Origin: Amoeboaphelidium protococcarum X5
Taxonomy: Eukaryota; Fungi; Aphelidiomycota
DNA length: 64,000 bases
Assembly (NCBI GenBank): GCA_023515725.1
Contig: JALDTO010000206.1
Coordinates: 516,189-580,188 of the forward strand
Direction of reading: 5' to 3'
Part shown: positions 40,333 to 53,055 of the stretch, in pieces
Numbering within the stretch: position 1 is the stretch's first letter
How the letters are laid out: the number at the start of each line of letters is the position of its first letter
The notes under the pieces: model-generated
The model's database searches: none
The model's input: only the letters and a program-made list of their open reading frames with translations
Told to the model about the DNA's origin: nothing
Position numbers and translations under genes: made by a program

Positions 40333-41868
40333 ATGACGGTGATAGGTAGTAGTAAACAAGGCATAAAGTATCAGCGAGTATTCTGGAGTACATTAGGAAT
40401 TGGGGTATTATGTGGAAGTAGCTATGCTATATATACTCGATCAGCTTAATAGTAAACAGGTAAAGTCAATGATTAAACAAAGACTTCTGACGTCGATGGT
40501 TTAGATACGAAATACAACTAAAGGTCTGGTAATTCTGTAACCACGAACGGTGAACCTGAAAATAATCAGAATAAGGTTATATATGGTGAAGATAAACTTG
40601 GTCACGGTCTTGAGGTTCTTGTTCAGGGTGTTAATGCTGGTAGATATAGACTCACTGGGTTTGATGATTAAATTATAAAGACTGGAGTTGACCATTTTGA
40701 AGTTAATCACCACGGCGGTATTATCACTGATAAACGCGGTGTTTTGTACAAGTGGCTATGGCATAATTCAGCTAAATTATAGTTCTTGAATAAATCATCA
40801 TCATCGGCAGTAGACGCTCCTTTAGAGAAGCTGAGCGAAGCATCATAGCGGCTTTGGTACAATCCCACAAGTTGGTCCTCCCGCAGTGGACGCGTTCAGT
40901 CATTATTTAAAGTTGGTGAGGATATATTTGCAATTAATTAGGATTAGTCAACCATAACAAAGTATGAAGCGGATAATTTAATTGAGATTGAAAAGTTTAA
41001 AGTTCCCTTCAAAGTTAAGAGTCTCTAGACAATGGGCAGTGGTGGAAACTAATGGCTATACATCCTGTCAGTTGATGGAAAGCTGTATCAGGTAAATTCC
41101 AAATTTGAGGTATTGAAGTAGTTACCAGCAAATTTCAAAATGTCATCTTTATCGTGTGGCTCCAAACATTGCATTGGTCTGACTGATGATCAGCAGCTGT
41201 ATGGCTTTGGCTCTAATGAACATGGTCAACTGGCAGAGTCACTTCATATTCAATCGATCGATATGCCTTCTATCCTGAGATCTTTCTGGTAGAATATGCC
41301 AAAGAATTACACCAGTTCAGAGGTTGTGAGTAAATGTGTAGACGCTCAAGCAATTGGAAATGTCTCTGTAATATCCCTATACACACATGGATGTAGCAAG
41401 CGCGATGATAAGTCTTTACAGAATACGTTCTCTGTGTGGTCCATTGGCGATGGCTAGTCTAGTTTACTTGGTCAATCTAATGCGTAGTCTAAGTAATTTG
41501 AACCGAAAAAGATTAGATAACTGTCGGATTAATTGTAATATGATGAAGGTAAGTAGCGCGTAGTTCCTATAAGAATAAGTGAATTCATGAAGTGCTCAAC
41601 TCATATGCTTGCCGTGATGGAGACTTGTCCATCATCATCAACCGTGTCCCCATAGTTTGGCAATGATGTCTATGGATGGGGAGATAATGCGCGTGGGCAA
41701 TTGAATTAGTCATCTCGTGGCAGTATACACGTCCCAACACTGCCTTAATCTCCAGTATACGAACCGAATGTTGATAGAATGCAAGTCCATTAAAGTGCAG
41801 ATCATAAGAGTATGAAGATAAGAAAGCTTGCAGTTTGCAATGGCATGGTGGCTGAACTGGTTTACTGA
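40333..41868 (+). CDS. Mitochondrial RCC1-repeat protein, Fmp25-like, 511 aa
   Basis: N-terminal TM; LSCGSKHCIGLT...YGFGSNEHGQL; KIRQLSDQLQYDE..VVPI; FGNDVYGWGDNARGQL. Confidence 0.75.
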
Positions 41869-41984
41869 TCTTGTCCAATTGCATTATTATATAACCGCGG
41901 ACATTATATTTATAGCAGAATGAAGTTATAATAAAGTTGAATATTATCAAACTAAAATATTCATTTTCACATTAAGCGATCAAA

Positions 41985-42677
41985 TCATAAAATTATACAT
42001 CCACCTGCACTACTGATAGCCTTCTTTTTAAAAGACTCTCTACGCTTACGCGGCTGTTATTACTCCTCTTCATCTGGCGTGGACGTTGATGTTGTTGATG
42101 ATGATTAACTTTCACCCAGAGAGGAAGAAGATACATTATTTTTATTATCAGTTTTCAGAACCTCTAGCTATTGAACCGCTGGGGTTGGCTCTACCTCGAC
42201 TACTGCTGGTGGAGTAACAGACTCTGAAGATGCTCCCAGGCCTTCATCTTCTGGCTATAATTTCGTAGTCTCCTACTTCTCCACTGGAACTACTAGAGGA
42301 GTATCCAATTGCTATGACTCTTCTGATACTGCTGGTGCACATGGAGCAGGGCGTTAAATGTACAATACATGGTTCACATTGCCCGCATCATCAGTCAGAG
42401 TCAATTTATCAGCATCAGCGTCATTTAGCACCCACTCACCATCCACAATGAATTTATATTGTACCTTGATAGGTTCCAATGCTTCCTTGGTATCACTTGG
42501 AAACTGCTTTATAGAATCCACCTTAATCGGGTACTCATAAACAGCAGCAGGTTCACTCGTCACCAAATCCATAACATGCTCCTCCTTCCATTCATCAAAA
42601 GAGCCTTTCACTCTAACTTCGCTTGGATTCTCACCGTCGCGGCAGACATATGTAATCACCTGCATCATTTCTGACAT
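41985..42677 (-). CDS. Stand-alone CBM48 (AMPK-beta glycogen-binding-like, Crp1/Mdg1-like) protein with C-terminal CaaX, 230 aa
   Basis: EVRVKGSFDEW...YKFIVDGEW...DDAGNVNHVL; ends RKRRESFKKKAISSAGGCIIL-TGA. Confidence 0.85.
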
Positions 42678-42911
42678 TTCTATAAAACTTGAATTTTTAC
42701 TACTACTTCTACTACTACTATAGTGATTGTCTATTTGTGATAAATAATTCACGCTCGAGTCGAAATAAAGTAAATAAAGTAAGCCGATTAACGCGCGAAG
42801 GCCAAGCGATCAACAGAAGACGCCAGCAGGACGTATCGCATCAACACTATAAAATTTAATGATTTAAAATAAATTGGGTAAGAAGATATTAGAGTGATAG
42901 TGTATATTAAC

Positions 42912-43908
42912 TCAAGCGGCGTGAACTTCCTCAGGCTTGTTCACTTCCTCACTCTTGATGATGACATCGTGACTAGAGTCGTCAGCCTTTGGCTCCAGAA
43001 TGGTTACAGCATCAGGCAGAGCATGCTTAGGACCAACCTTTCCAAGAGGATCCCAGTCCAACATGATCTTCACTTTGATACCCAGGACACCCTGTCTCAT
43101 CAACACGTGTCTTGTGGCACTATCGATAAAGTCTCTCTTTGGCTGACCAGAGTGGATCATGAAGCCATCGATAAACTTCATAGACTTGGCACGAGCGGCA
43201 CGCAATTTACCACTCACCACAACCTCAACACCCTTAGCACCGGATTCCATGACAAAGCGGACGACACCATAACATGCACGACGCAGCACCAGACCACCCA
43301 GGAGCTTGTAGCGCAAAGATTCACACTGAGCGGCAGCACACAGACCGCGATTGTTCACCTTCTCAGCGAACAACTCCACAGTACCATCAGCAAAGCGGAA
43401 ACGCTTCTGTACGAGCATGGTGAGCTCACGGATACGGCGACCCTTCTCACCCAGCACCTTCATGGTACGAGTGGCGCGGATAACGATCTCAGTACGTGCC
43501 GGAGTAACACGCACCTCGACACCAGCATAACCATCCTCAGCCAGCTCACGCTGCAGCAATTCATTCAACTCGGCGTAGAACACACCATCAGCGACAAACT
43601 ACACACGAAAATTTAGTTATATAAATCCGCTTCATTAATTGTTACCAAGGAGTGTATAATAATAAATCGAAGTATTGCATTCAATTAAACGTTGACGCGT
43701 CAGATCCCAGTATAAGTCGGGCGAACCACGATCATCACATCAGCCATAACACACTGAGGTATTATAACTGATGCTCAATCAAGAGGTGTCAGAAAATAGT
43801 TGTTATCATCGCTCGCTGCCAGCATAAATCCTCATTATTCATACACTCCCCTTCACAACACATATATAATCTTACTTTACGCTTCTTGCTCATCTACTAG
43901 GTAGCCAT
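42912..43908 (-). CDS. RPS3: 40S ribosomal protein S3; exons 43908-43876, 43598-42912
   Basis: MATQQMSKKRK|[13 protein letters not shown]...[11 protein letters not shown]...[15 protein letters not shown]. Confidence 0.98.
43696..43817 (-). ncRNA. Intronic box C/D snoRNA with an LSU rRNA antisense element
   Basis: C-like GCGATGA (43812-43806), guide TTTTCTGACACCTCT complementary to LSU AGAGGUGUCAGAAAA, D'-like TTGA, 15-bp G-U-containing hairpin, C' TGATGA and D box CTGA (43703-43700). Confidence 0.8.
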
Positions 43909-44169
43909 TTTATATATATTATTTACTTACTTGCTGTTAATTACAGTGTATTCTGTACGGATAGTGTTAAAGCTTTCGCCCAGATTGACGCGAAAACTAA
44001 TTCTTTCGATTCTTTGACGAACCGACCTTAGCGCGTCTCTCCCCGACCTGTGGCGCGTCGCGTTATGAGTGGCGATAAAATAGTGCGAGAAAGAGTAAAG
44101 TCACTGAAGCAGAGGTAGAGAGTATACATATATTAACACTGTTTTGTTTCATTATAGAGAGTTGGGGTA

Positions 44170-45200
44170 TCATAGAGACTTTTCATATTCATGCAGCTAA
44201 TAGACGAGATTGAGATTCGGACTGATAGAAGGAGATTTCCGCTTGACGTGATCATAGGCTTGATTGAAGGTCCACTTATTCTAGTGCATCATGTAGGCAA
44301 TCATCAATGCAGCACTTCGACTGAGGCCTTGCTTACAATGTATGAGCACACTTGATCCATCCCTTTTGGACTGATCAATGAACGCGAAAGCCTGCTTAAA
44401 ATATTACGCCACATCTTCTTGATTATGTGTCCACTTTAAATGCATGTAACTGATTGGAACATTGACTTTGGTGGATTTATCATCCGTTTGTATTGTGAGA
44501 TTATGTAAGTCGGAAGCAGTCTTTGTTATTGGACTTTGCATGCCCTCAGATAATTACTCTGGATCAGCATCACTTTATTTACCCTTCTTACCAGTGATCA
44601 CTGAAGCGCCACCTGCTTGATCAGTATGATTGTGTAAATTCATCACATTGTACATTGGGGAGGAGGGATAATCTTTATGACTACCTACACTTCTTTCAGT
44701 ACCAGAGGATGATTTCTACTGCTGTGGGATAAAGTGATTCTTGCACTCAATACCAACATTAATAATGTGCCTAATATTGTGACTCTCTAGGATATCAGCA
44801 TCGCGCGCATTCATCTCTGAACCCAGGTACACTCCATCAGTGATCTCGATAGGACCATCTTAATAAGGGACCTGAGTGGCAGCAAAATTGGCATCTGTCA
44901 CAGCAGCAGCAGATGAACCACCAGGAGAAGAGAAGGCACTCTTGGTATAATTATTATTATCGCCAGTAAACAGATAGTCTCTTAAGCTACTACCACATCG
45001 CGGACTTGACTGAGCAGACTGCATTGTTAGCGGAGTATTGCCACGATGCTCACTGACATCTCCATTCAACATCTCTATTCTATCTTTAATTTAGGACAAT
45101 TTTTAGATGGAGAAATCGGACTATTGCCAGCTGAGTGATTAACAGACGGCGCTTGTGATAGATTCAATCTCAAATTAGGTTTCTTCTTTGCAAGGCTCAT
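44170..45200 (-). CDS. Dual-specificity (MAP kinase) phosphatase; probable 47-nt intron 45121-45075
   Basis: GPIEITDGVYLGSE, HLKWTHN, VLIHCKQGLSRSA, ISPNLNLVYQL; N-terminal KKKPNLRLNL docking-like motif. Confidence 0.88.
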
Positions 45201-45531
45201 CTATTATTATTTTTATTATTGTACTTTTGATATAACTCTTAGATGGATTGTTAGAATCTAAATATTTATATATACAAATGCCGATAAGTATACACGCGTG
45301 ATATTAAGTAGAGATTGATATAGTAGTGATGATGAAGGTATTTCAATAAAAAGAGAGTTAATCTGGCGATACTTTGAACAGTTTCGATCAAGATTTTAAC
45401 GCTGATTGGCGCCGCTGTTACTATTTTGGAATGTTGTGATATCATCAACTGATTACAATTGGACTTGCCTAGTTAAGGCAAACGAAAGATGATTATAATA
45501 AGAAATAATAAAAAGGGAATGGTGACAATAT

Positions 45532-46791
45532 TCAAATCTATTCCATGATAGTCAACAGTTTTCGCATCTCTTCATTGATGATCTTCAACTTGTTGCTTAG
45601 ACCAGGGATAGAGGAGGATGTTAATGCCATTGGGTATCGACACGCAATGTGCTTCTTTATCAAACGCGCGCAATCACTCTGATCTAGTTAACTGGAGCAA
45701 GTAATCATTTTAACCATCAGTTAAAGCAGTATCACCATAGCATCCACAACTTCAATGTCATTCTTCTTCTTTTTACCAGTGCGCGGATCATCTACTCTAT
45801 GAACGCAATCATTCCATAACTCTAAAAGTATTTTGAACAGCTACGGCTCCATATAACACGGCTACTTGTTATTCACTAGTATATCAAGCCTTTACATGAC
45901 TCCAGGACTATACTTACATAACAACTAAACTGGGCGGATTATCTCATCAACGATGGTGGAGTCTGAAAATTACACTTCACATTCTGTATATCCAACATTG
46001 ACAGTTGACTTGTATTTCAATTCCAGCAGACTTTTAATTACATTCAACACTGTAAGTTTGGAACGTGACCAATTCAATTTACTACTAGGCACCATAGATA
46101 TGCTAGATTTCTAATCATAAAAAGTAGCATCTGTTCGCTGTGATAATAACTATAGAACACTCTATATCATACCATCCACCTCGCTGAGGAACATTTACTG
46201 ATAATTCTAGAGGTACAAATGCAGCATCTTGAGGGAATCCACGCGTACACCATCATCATTATGACTGAGTGCAGATTTCAAATGAACAATGATAACGTCT
46301 CTAAATGGCTGCAATTACTCGACAGTCACCAGATTCAATGCACAAATCATCTCTAAATATTTCATAAGAACCTAGCGAAGATCTTGGTCAGTATCAAGCA
46401 TAAATCTGAGCACTGGAACAATTAGCAAAGACACAATATCACTCTCTGCGCTCAGAATCGATTCATGCTACTCTTGTACCAGATCTTTCAAATTCTAAAT
46501 CGCGTCTTTCCGCACCTAAGAACTAGGATGCTTGAATTTAATCGTGATATCCTTCACAGTAAGACCTTTACTGCTTTACAAATCACAGATATCGTTCTAA
46601 TCTTCCGGGCGTCGTCGTTTCTTTGCCTAATCCAACACCATTTACTATTACACCGGCACATAGATCTGCTTACTCTTTACATCAGTCCGGGTATGTGACG
46701 CGTCGGTAGTCAATCGCTTTCCCAATTTCAGCTTGGTCTTTTAAAAGTCTGCATTCTTTTACTACTTCTTTTTCTTACTAGCCTTGGGCAT
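45532..46791 (-). CDS. IPI1: Pre-rRNA processing protein Ipi1 (TEX10-like), 419 aa
   Basis: MPKASKKKK..ADFQKTKLKLGK...HPSSQVRKDA; HLKSALSHNDDGVRVDSLKML. Confidence 0.85.
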
Positions 46792-47102
46792 ATTTTATGC
46801 TTAAAACTTTGTTATTAGTTTGATTATACTCTAAACAGATAGTGTTTCTCGCTAGGAATCAATTTAAGAATATTTTGACGATTTCTCATCCAACAACCGT
46901 TAAGCTATTAAGACGTCAAGAGATCACTCACTCTCTTTTGGTCTCTCTCCTCTTTGAAGCGTTTTTCTGTTCAGACGCGCGCGCTCTTTCTCTTCTTTGA
47001 TGAGCTTTGCTTTGTTACAGCGACATCTTTACTTACTTCTCTCAGTCGTCAGTACTAGTTACGTAGAGACGTTTATAAGAGTCTTGGGTAATAGACTATA
47101 CG

Positions 47103-49547
47103 ATGAGTGACAGTTATAAAAAGTTTTAATTGTCTCAGAACATACTGGCTCATGAAAGTGATGTAAGTTGTATTGGCTATAAAGTTCAAGTTATCATCAT
47201 ATATATTTGAATGATTCGAACTGTGTAGGTGAGAGCCGTGTGTGTGGTCAGTGACAGTATGATTGCGTCCGCCTCGAGAGACAAAACTGTGAAGCTGTGG
47301 GTTCTGAAGGACAAGCAGTTTGAAGTTAAGGCTACGTTTACTGGTCATTAGCATTTTGTGAATAGTCTAGCTTATATGAAAGATGCAGGTGAACATTATC
47401 CAAACGGTGTGATTCTTAGCGGTTCCATGGACAAGACTATATGCGTGTGGAATGTGGACGCTGAAGGCACAGTGTCTGAGCCTGACTACTAACTAGTTGG
47501 TCATTCCGACTGCGTGTGTACTCTTGATGTTCTGGACCAGGTTGTGGTCTCTGGCTCATGGGACAAGTCGGTGAAAGTGTGGAAGGATTGGACTTGTGTG
47601 GAGACACTGAAAGGTCACGAATAGGCTGTTTGGTGTGTAAAGTTTACATCTGATGGTAATATACTGACTGCTTGTGCCGATAAGTAGATTCGGCTATTCA
47701 AGTTGGGCAAGTGTATAAAGACATTCTCTGGCCATTCAGATGTTGTTCGATCTTTGACCATCCCTCGTAATCAGAAAGTGCTTCGTTATTTTTACTCTGC
47801 CAGCAATGATTGTTCATTGAAGAAATGGGATTTCGTAAGTGGAGTTGATGATAAGGAGTTACATGGTCATAACGCTTTCGTGTATGGAGTGGACTCTTTT
47901 GAAGATGGCACAGTGGTCAGCTGCGGTGAAGACAAGTCTGCCAGAGTTTGGTAGAATGACGCCAATGTGCAGACTATTATACATCCAACGCAGTCTGTGT
48001 GGTGTATTGCTACTCTGGCAAATGGCGATTTTATAACTGGTGGCAATGATGGCTTTTTGAGAATCTTTACCAGGAGTGAAGCAAGAGTTGCCGCTGCAGA
48101 TGTCTTGTAAGAGTATGATACTGCCGTGAGCAAGTCTACGGTACATTCCAATTAAGTAGGTGATGTGGACAAGAGTAAATTGCCTGGCCCTGAGCGATTA
48201 CATTAAGTCGGCAAGAAGGATGGAGAGGTGGTGATGGTCAAGTAGTCCAATGGCGCTGTTGAGGCTCACTAGTGGTCGAATGCTCAGAATCAATGGACTA
48301 AAATTGGTGATGTTGTAGATGCCGTAGGCAGTGGTGGCTCTGGGCGAAAGTAAATGTACAACGGCAAGGAGTATGACTTTGTGTTTGATGTTGATGTTGG
48401 AGCCGGAATGCCTACACTTAAATTGCCATATAACACTGTGGATAATCCGTACAATGCTGCTTAGTAGTTTATATCTGATAACGAACTCTCCCAGGACTTC
48501 TTGGAGCAAGTTGCGCAGTTCATCATGTAGAATGCCAAAACACAAGTTATTGGTCAAGAGTCATCTGCTCCTGTTTCCTCAGATCCTTATCATAGTGCTA
48601 GATATGTTCCTGGTGCTGCTAATTAGTAGCTGTAGGATTTGTCGGTAAATAAGAATTTAGATCCTTACACTGGCGCATAATCTGGGTAGAGTGTCCTATC
48701 GCCGGTGCATAAGATTTTACCGCTTGCATCTGATGGTTATTTAAAGTTTGAAGGTGGGAATTTGGCTGCTATTTAGAAAAAGATTGATGAATTTGACTCT
48801 GCGCTCAAGATTGCTACTCCCGCTGATAAAAAGGTTATCTAGAGGATTGCGATTTATTGTACTAATCCTCATGCGGCGTCGGCAGATATACAAGCATCTG
48901 ATATAAAAATATTGTCAGAATTGATTGAAAAGTTCCCGCAAGAGCAGAGATTTCCGCTGATCGATTTGCTGAGGCTTGTCATAAGTCATACTGATTTGCC
49001 ACTGACTCAGAGTGGAATCGACCTATTTGAGTATATGATTGTGAAAGGAGAACTGCAGAATGTCGCCAGTGGCAAAGATGCAAATTAGATTGTGGCATTG
49101 AGAGCGTTGAGTAATATGTTAGCAATTTCAGATGAGGCTCGTAGCTAACTTCTTCCGCGACGTGTCGAATACTTGTAATAACTCTCGAGTGGACTTTGCA
49201 TGAAAGGAAACAAGAATGTGGCCACAGCGTATGTGACTCTGCTTCTAAATTGGTCCATTGCGATGACTTATCATGTGAAAGATGCTGAATTTGCTCTTCA
49301 ATTACTTCAAATCCTGGTGTAATTTTTACAATATTGCAAGGATAATAAATCTGGCGTGGATAATGAGTCTGTCTATCGTGCGATCGTTGCAGTCGGTCAG
49401 ATCTTGTACAAATATGGGCGTGACTTGAAGGATGCATTATCCGCTCTGGCCGTTCATCAAGTGCTGAGTGCATTTGACTCTATCCCAGAATAGCGTATGC
49501 ACTCCATTATCAAGGAACTGCGTGATATTGAAAACAGAATAAAGTGA
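47103..49547 (+). CDS. DOA1: Doa1/Ufd3/PLAA (WD40-PFU-PUL); exons 47103-47162, 47229-49547
   Basis: AHESD|VRAV, SASRDKTVKLW, SGSWDKSVKVW; PFU YNGKEYDFVFDVDV...KLPYN..DNPY; PUL RFPLIDLLRL. Confidence 0.94.
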
Positions 49548-49667
49548 TTTGCGTTCATTTATCTTTTTGAAATGGTCTTTACATGTGAATTATCGGAGCT
49601 GTACATTGACCGGTAATCACCCCAGTCCCCCTTAAAAATATTTTCTATCCCGAAAGAGCTATAGCTG

Positions 49668-49692
49668 ACGAGAGAGTGAGAGAGAGAGAGAC
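49668..49692. repeat. (GA)n microsatellite in an intergenic/promoter region
   Basis: agagagtgagagagagagagaca read directly. Confidence 0.7.
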
Positions 49693-49931
49693 AAAGCGGG
49701 CGAGACTGCGAGAGAAATTCCTTCGCCCGCGTTCTGGTTTCATCGATTTCAAACAAATCGCATTCATCGTGCCTGGGCCGAGCCGGTTCCCTCCTTCTTC
49801 TACCTAATTTTTTATTTATTTTGAATTGGAAGAATTTCCTTTCGGTGCTCTTCTGCCTCCTGTTAGTGTAGTGTGTTCTAGATAAATTCTTCGTAGTCTC
49901 TGTTTTTTTTGGCGTTAATTGGCGGTTGGCT

Positions 49932-50457
49932 ATGAGTGTGCAAAAGGTGCCTGTATTGGTAGGATATATATTGAGTATTGGTGTCATTTCTAAATTTCGT
50001 AATCTTTAATTGTGTGATAAGCTGAGTGTAGTTTAATTGGAAGCATGGTGGCAATAATGTTGTATTGACGGGATCTTTTGATAATTGGAAGTAGTCTATT
50101 TAAATGGTGAAGACTCCTAAAGCTCAAGATGAATATTCTGCAGTGTTGAAGCTGAATCCGTATGAGAAGCACTCGTTCAAATTCGTAGTGGACGGTATTT
50201 GGAGATGCTCGATGGAATGTCCAACCGAGAGTGACTAGAACGGAAATGTTAATAACTGGAGAAGGCCTGTGGATGAGTAGGAGTATGCCTATTTGAAGAA
50301 CTCTTTGCAGTAGGAGAACAAGGGAAAGAGTGGTGGTGGAAGTGCTACTGATATTAAGATGCCTAATGGTCACAATAATGTTCCTCAGAGCCAGACACAT
50401 GTGAATGCGGCAAGTATGAAGAAGGCCAAGTCTAAGGAGTTGAAGGCTGTTTTTTGA
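49932..50457 (+). CDS. Second stand-alone CBM48 protein, 150 aa; exons 49932-49958, 50032-50457
   Basis: VPVL|FNWKHGGNNVVLTGSFDNW...FKFVVDGIWRC...DQNGNVNN; no AMPK-beta C-terminal ASC domain. Confidence 0.85.
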
Positions 50458-50869
50458 ACCCGTACTAGACTCGCATGTATTTCGTATAATTTTATTGTTA
50501 ATTTGCCCTCTTTTCTTTAGTATACAATATTATTCTACCTCTATGGTATCAGCGATTTTTAGCAGGCCCCTTTTAACTGTTGCATTATAAAATTTCACCA
50601 TACTAACTTGTTCGTGTTGACAGTGACATTTAAAAGTGCACACCAAGTGCAACTAAATATTTCACCATAAAAAATGAGCGAAAGAGTGCCATCAGTTCTA
50701 ATATCCGGAGTTTAACGCGATTTTCGGATCCTTTAGGGGGTAGCCATTTAGTCCGATCATTGTGATCGCGATCAATGTCCTCGGCACGTTTTCCCACGGA
50801 TATATACTTGAAGTAAAAAATTGAAAAAAAATATTGATTTTGATTTAGTGACTCAACTCAACAATCGAT

Positions 50870-51157
50870 ATGTTCATGTTCTGGTCTAGGTTGATATGTC
50901 TTGCTGTTGCTGTTTTAAGTTGGGCTAACCATTCGCTGTCGTCGCCTGTAATCTAATCTTCTGCTGAGCTTGATGTAAACTAGTAACATAATCGTCCTTT
51001 GCCATTATTTCGCTGTAGAAAGCAGCGACTTTACTCAGACGCGTTTCTTAATTATCATCAGCATTAGAGTCGGTAGACTCTTGACGTTGACGCCTAGACG
51101 GATGCGCGTTCTCAGCACGGGACGGACTACTATATCTCTTGGGATTTTAAATGTTGA
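50870..51157 (+). CDS. Small putative secreted protein, 95 aa
   Basis: MFMFWSRLICLAVAVLSWANHSLS-SPV looks like a signal peptide; frame open to TGA. Confidence 0.55.
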
Positions 51158-51424
51158 ATTGATGTTTTTCATACTTTCAAAGCTCTAGCATTAAGAGGTG
51201 TCTTTCGCAGAAAACTACTCTCTTGAGATATGTATTGCTTACTGTTGCATTAAATAGGAATGTTACCTCGAGGATGCCAATCACCCAATCACTGCGCAGT
51301 ACTCCTGTAAAACGTTAGATGATTTTGCGTGTTTTTTTTACTCTTTTACATCGTGGGACATTGTGGCGTTGCGTCCCTCTTTACCTCCACTCCATCGTAA
51401 TTTGATTTTGATAATTGGTTTAAA

Positions 51425-52453
51425 ATGAAGGTCTAATTCCTGATTGTGTGCGTCTATACTCTGGTACTTTTTTGCCATTTATTGAATGCTGGTTCATTCA
51501 CCAATGGTATTAATGATGTCACTCAGTAAATTGCGAATGGTGATCCTATTGAGCAAGATCTGGCTGAGTCGAAGCCTGGAGCGCTTCTTAATGACGACGC
51601 TGCTTCAGAGTCTAATTTGCAGGCTTTGGAATGCCCAATCTGCATGGAGATTTATGGCCAAGACTAAACGCGTGCGATGGAATGTTGTCGGCAGTAGGTA
51701 TGCGCCGATTGTGTAGATCAGTTCAAACGCGACTAGATGGAGACATGCGCGTTTTGTAGGCACCCTCTCTTTGACAATAGCGAGTAGAGCGTGGTGATCA
51801 ATGGTCTCCAGCTGATTAGTTTTAATTTAAAGTGGGTCGAAAATGTCTTGAAGCAATCACCAGCTATAAAGAGTATAGATATGACATGGCTGCGGTTGTA
51901 CCGATAGTCTTATGAATTTCTAAAAGAAAGTGCACTATAGATTGATAAAATGGCCATGTCTTAAATTGTCAATTTACCCAGGCACAATTTCGGTGAGGAG
52001 TTTAAAGATCTACCCTTTGAATCCAGTCAGTCTGGCATAGAGCTCAAGGGTGCTTTGAAGAAATTTCATATAGCTGTGCTCAACATCGAAGGCTCGTTGC
52101 ATCGTAACATGGGACCGCGCATACTTTTAGATTAACTTATTGATCGTGTCGCGGGAACGAATGATTATTAAGGACAACGACGCTTGATAAGAAACAGTGG
52201 TGCTAAGGTTCAGCTCATCAATTAGTCGTTGATTTCTCTTTACTATGATGTGGTGTAATTGCGCAAGAAATTTGAGAAAGTACTTTGGGATAGGAAGGCA
52301 GTTAGGAATGATCCTTTGCTACATTCTCACCGAATAGATTACTCCAGGTTTGAACCGTTATTTGATCCTGCAGACTATTGGCCACATTCGAAGCTAGCAT
52401 TGCGCCACTCAGTTACAACTGGTGAGAATACCGAATAGGAAGTTAAACCGTGA
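51425..52453 (+). CDS. Putative secreted RING-finger protein, 342 aa
   Basis: Signal-like MKVQFLIVCVYTLVLFCHLLNA; RING CPIC-x12-CCRQQVCADC-x11-CAFCR; no later TM segment. Confidence 0.8.
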
Positions 52454-52689
52454 TTTTAAGGCTTTAGTAGATATACAGTACAGTGGGTTTCGATTTGAGC
52501 TTGATTAATTCTCTTTAGAAAATTATAATCTAATCATGTGTTGAGGTTACAATTTGACTCCTGAATTTTACTCCAATTTAATGATCAACCTCACTCCGCG
52601 ATCACCGCCTTGTCCTTGAAAACTATTGAAAAGATCATTTGATCAAGAAATCAAAGCCCAATAATCCCTGGAATTAAACAACATTTAAT

Positions 52690-53055
52690 ATGGCAACAAA
52701 TAATAACGCTTAGTACGCCCCATTACCAGTGTATGATGATTTGGAGAAAGCTCCTCTGATGACCTCTTAACCACAGGGACAAGGCTATTATCCTACGCAG
52801 ATTGTGTACGTGCAGAAAGACTACAGTGAGGATGAATTCCCTACACAGTTGGTTTTGTTTTTGGTTGGATTCATTTTCCCTCTGTGCTGGTTCATTGGTA
52901 GCTGTGTCCCATCCTTCTCTCGCCTCAACATTGCATTTAGAATGGTAAACAGGGTCATCACTGCTCTGACTGTCATCTCGGCTATTATCTTGATTGTAAT
53001 GTTTGGCATCATTGGGTATCATATTGATTAGGACAACAGACTGGTTCTTGATTGA
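52690..53055 (+). CDS. Small two-TM membrane protein with P/Q/Y-rich N-terminus, 121 aa
   Basis: LVLFLVGFIFPLCWFIG motif and a second TM ITALTVISAIILIVMFGII. Confidence 0.75.

Noticed and set aside
42894-43616. 240-aa plus-strand ORF from the track
   Set aside because: Antisense shadow of RPS3; the same applies to 2582-3127 and many other track ORFs.
43781-43796. LSU rRNA gene fragment
   Set aside because: Only about 15 nt match, flanked by C/D boxes on the minus strand; better explained as a snoRNA guide.
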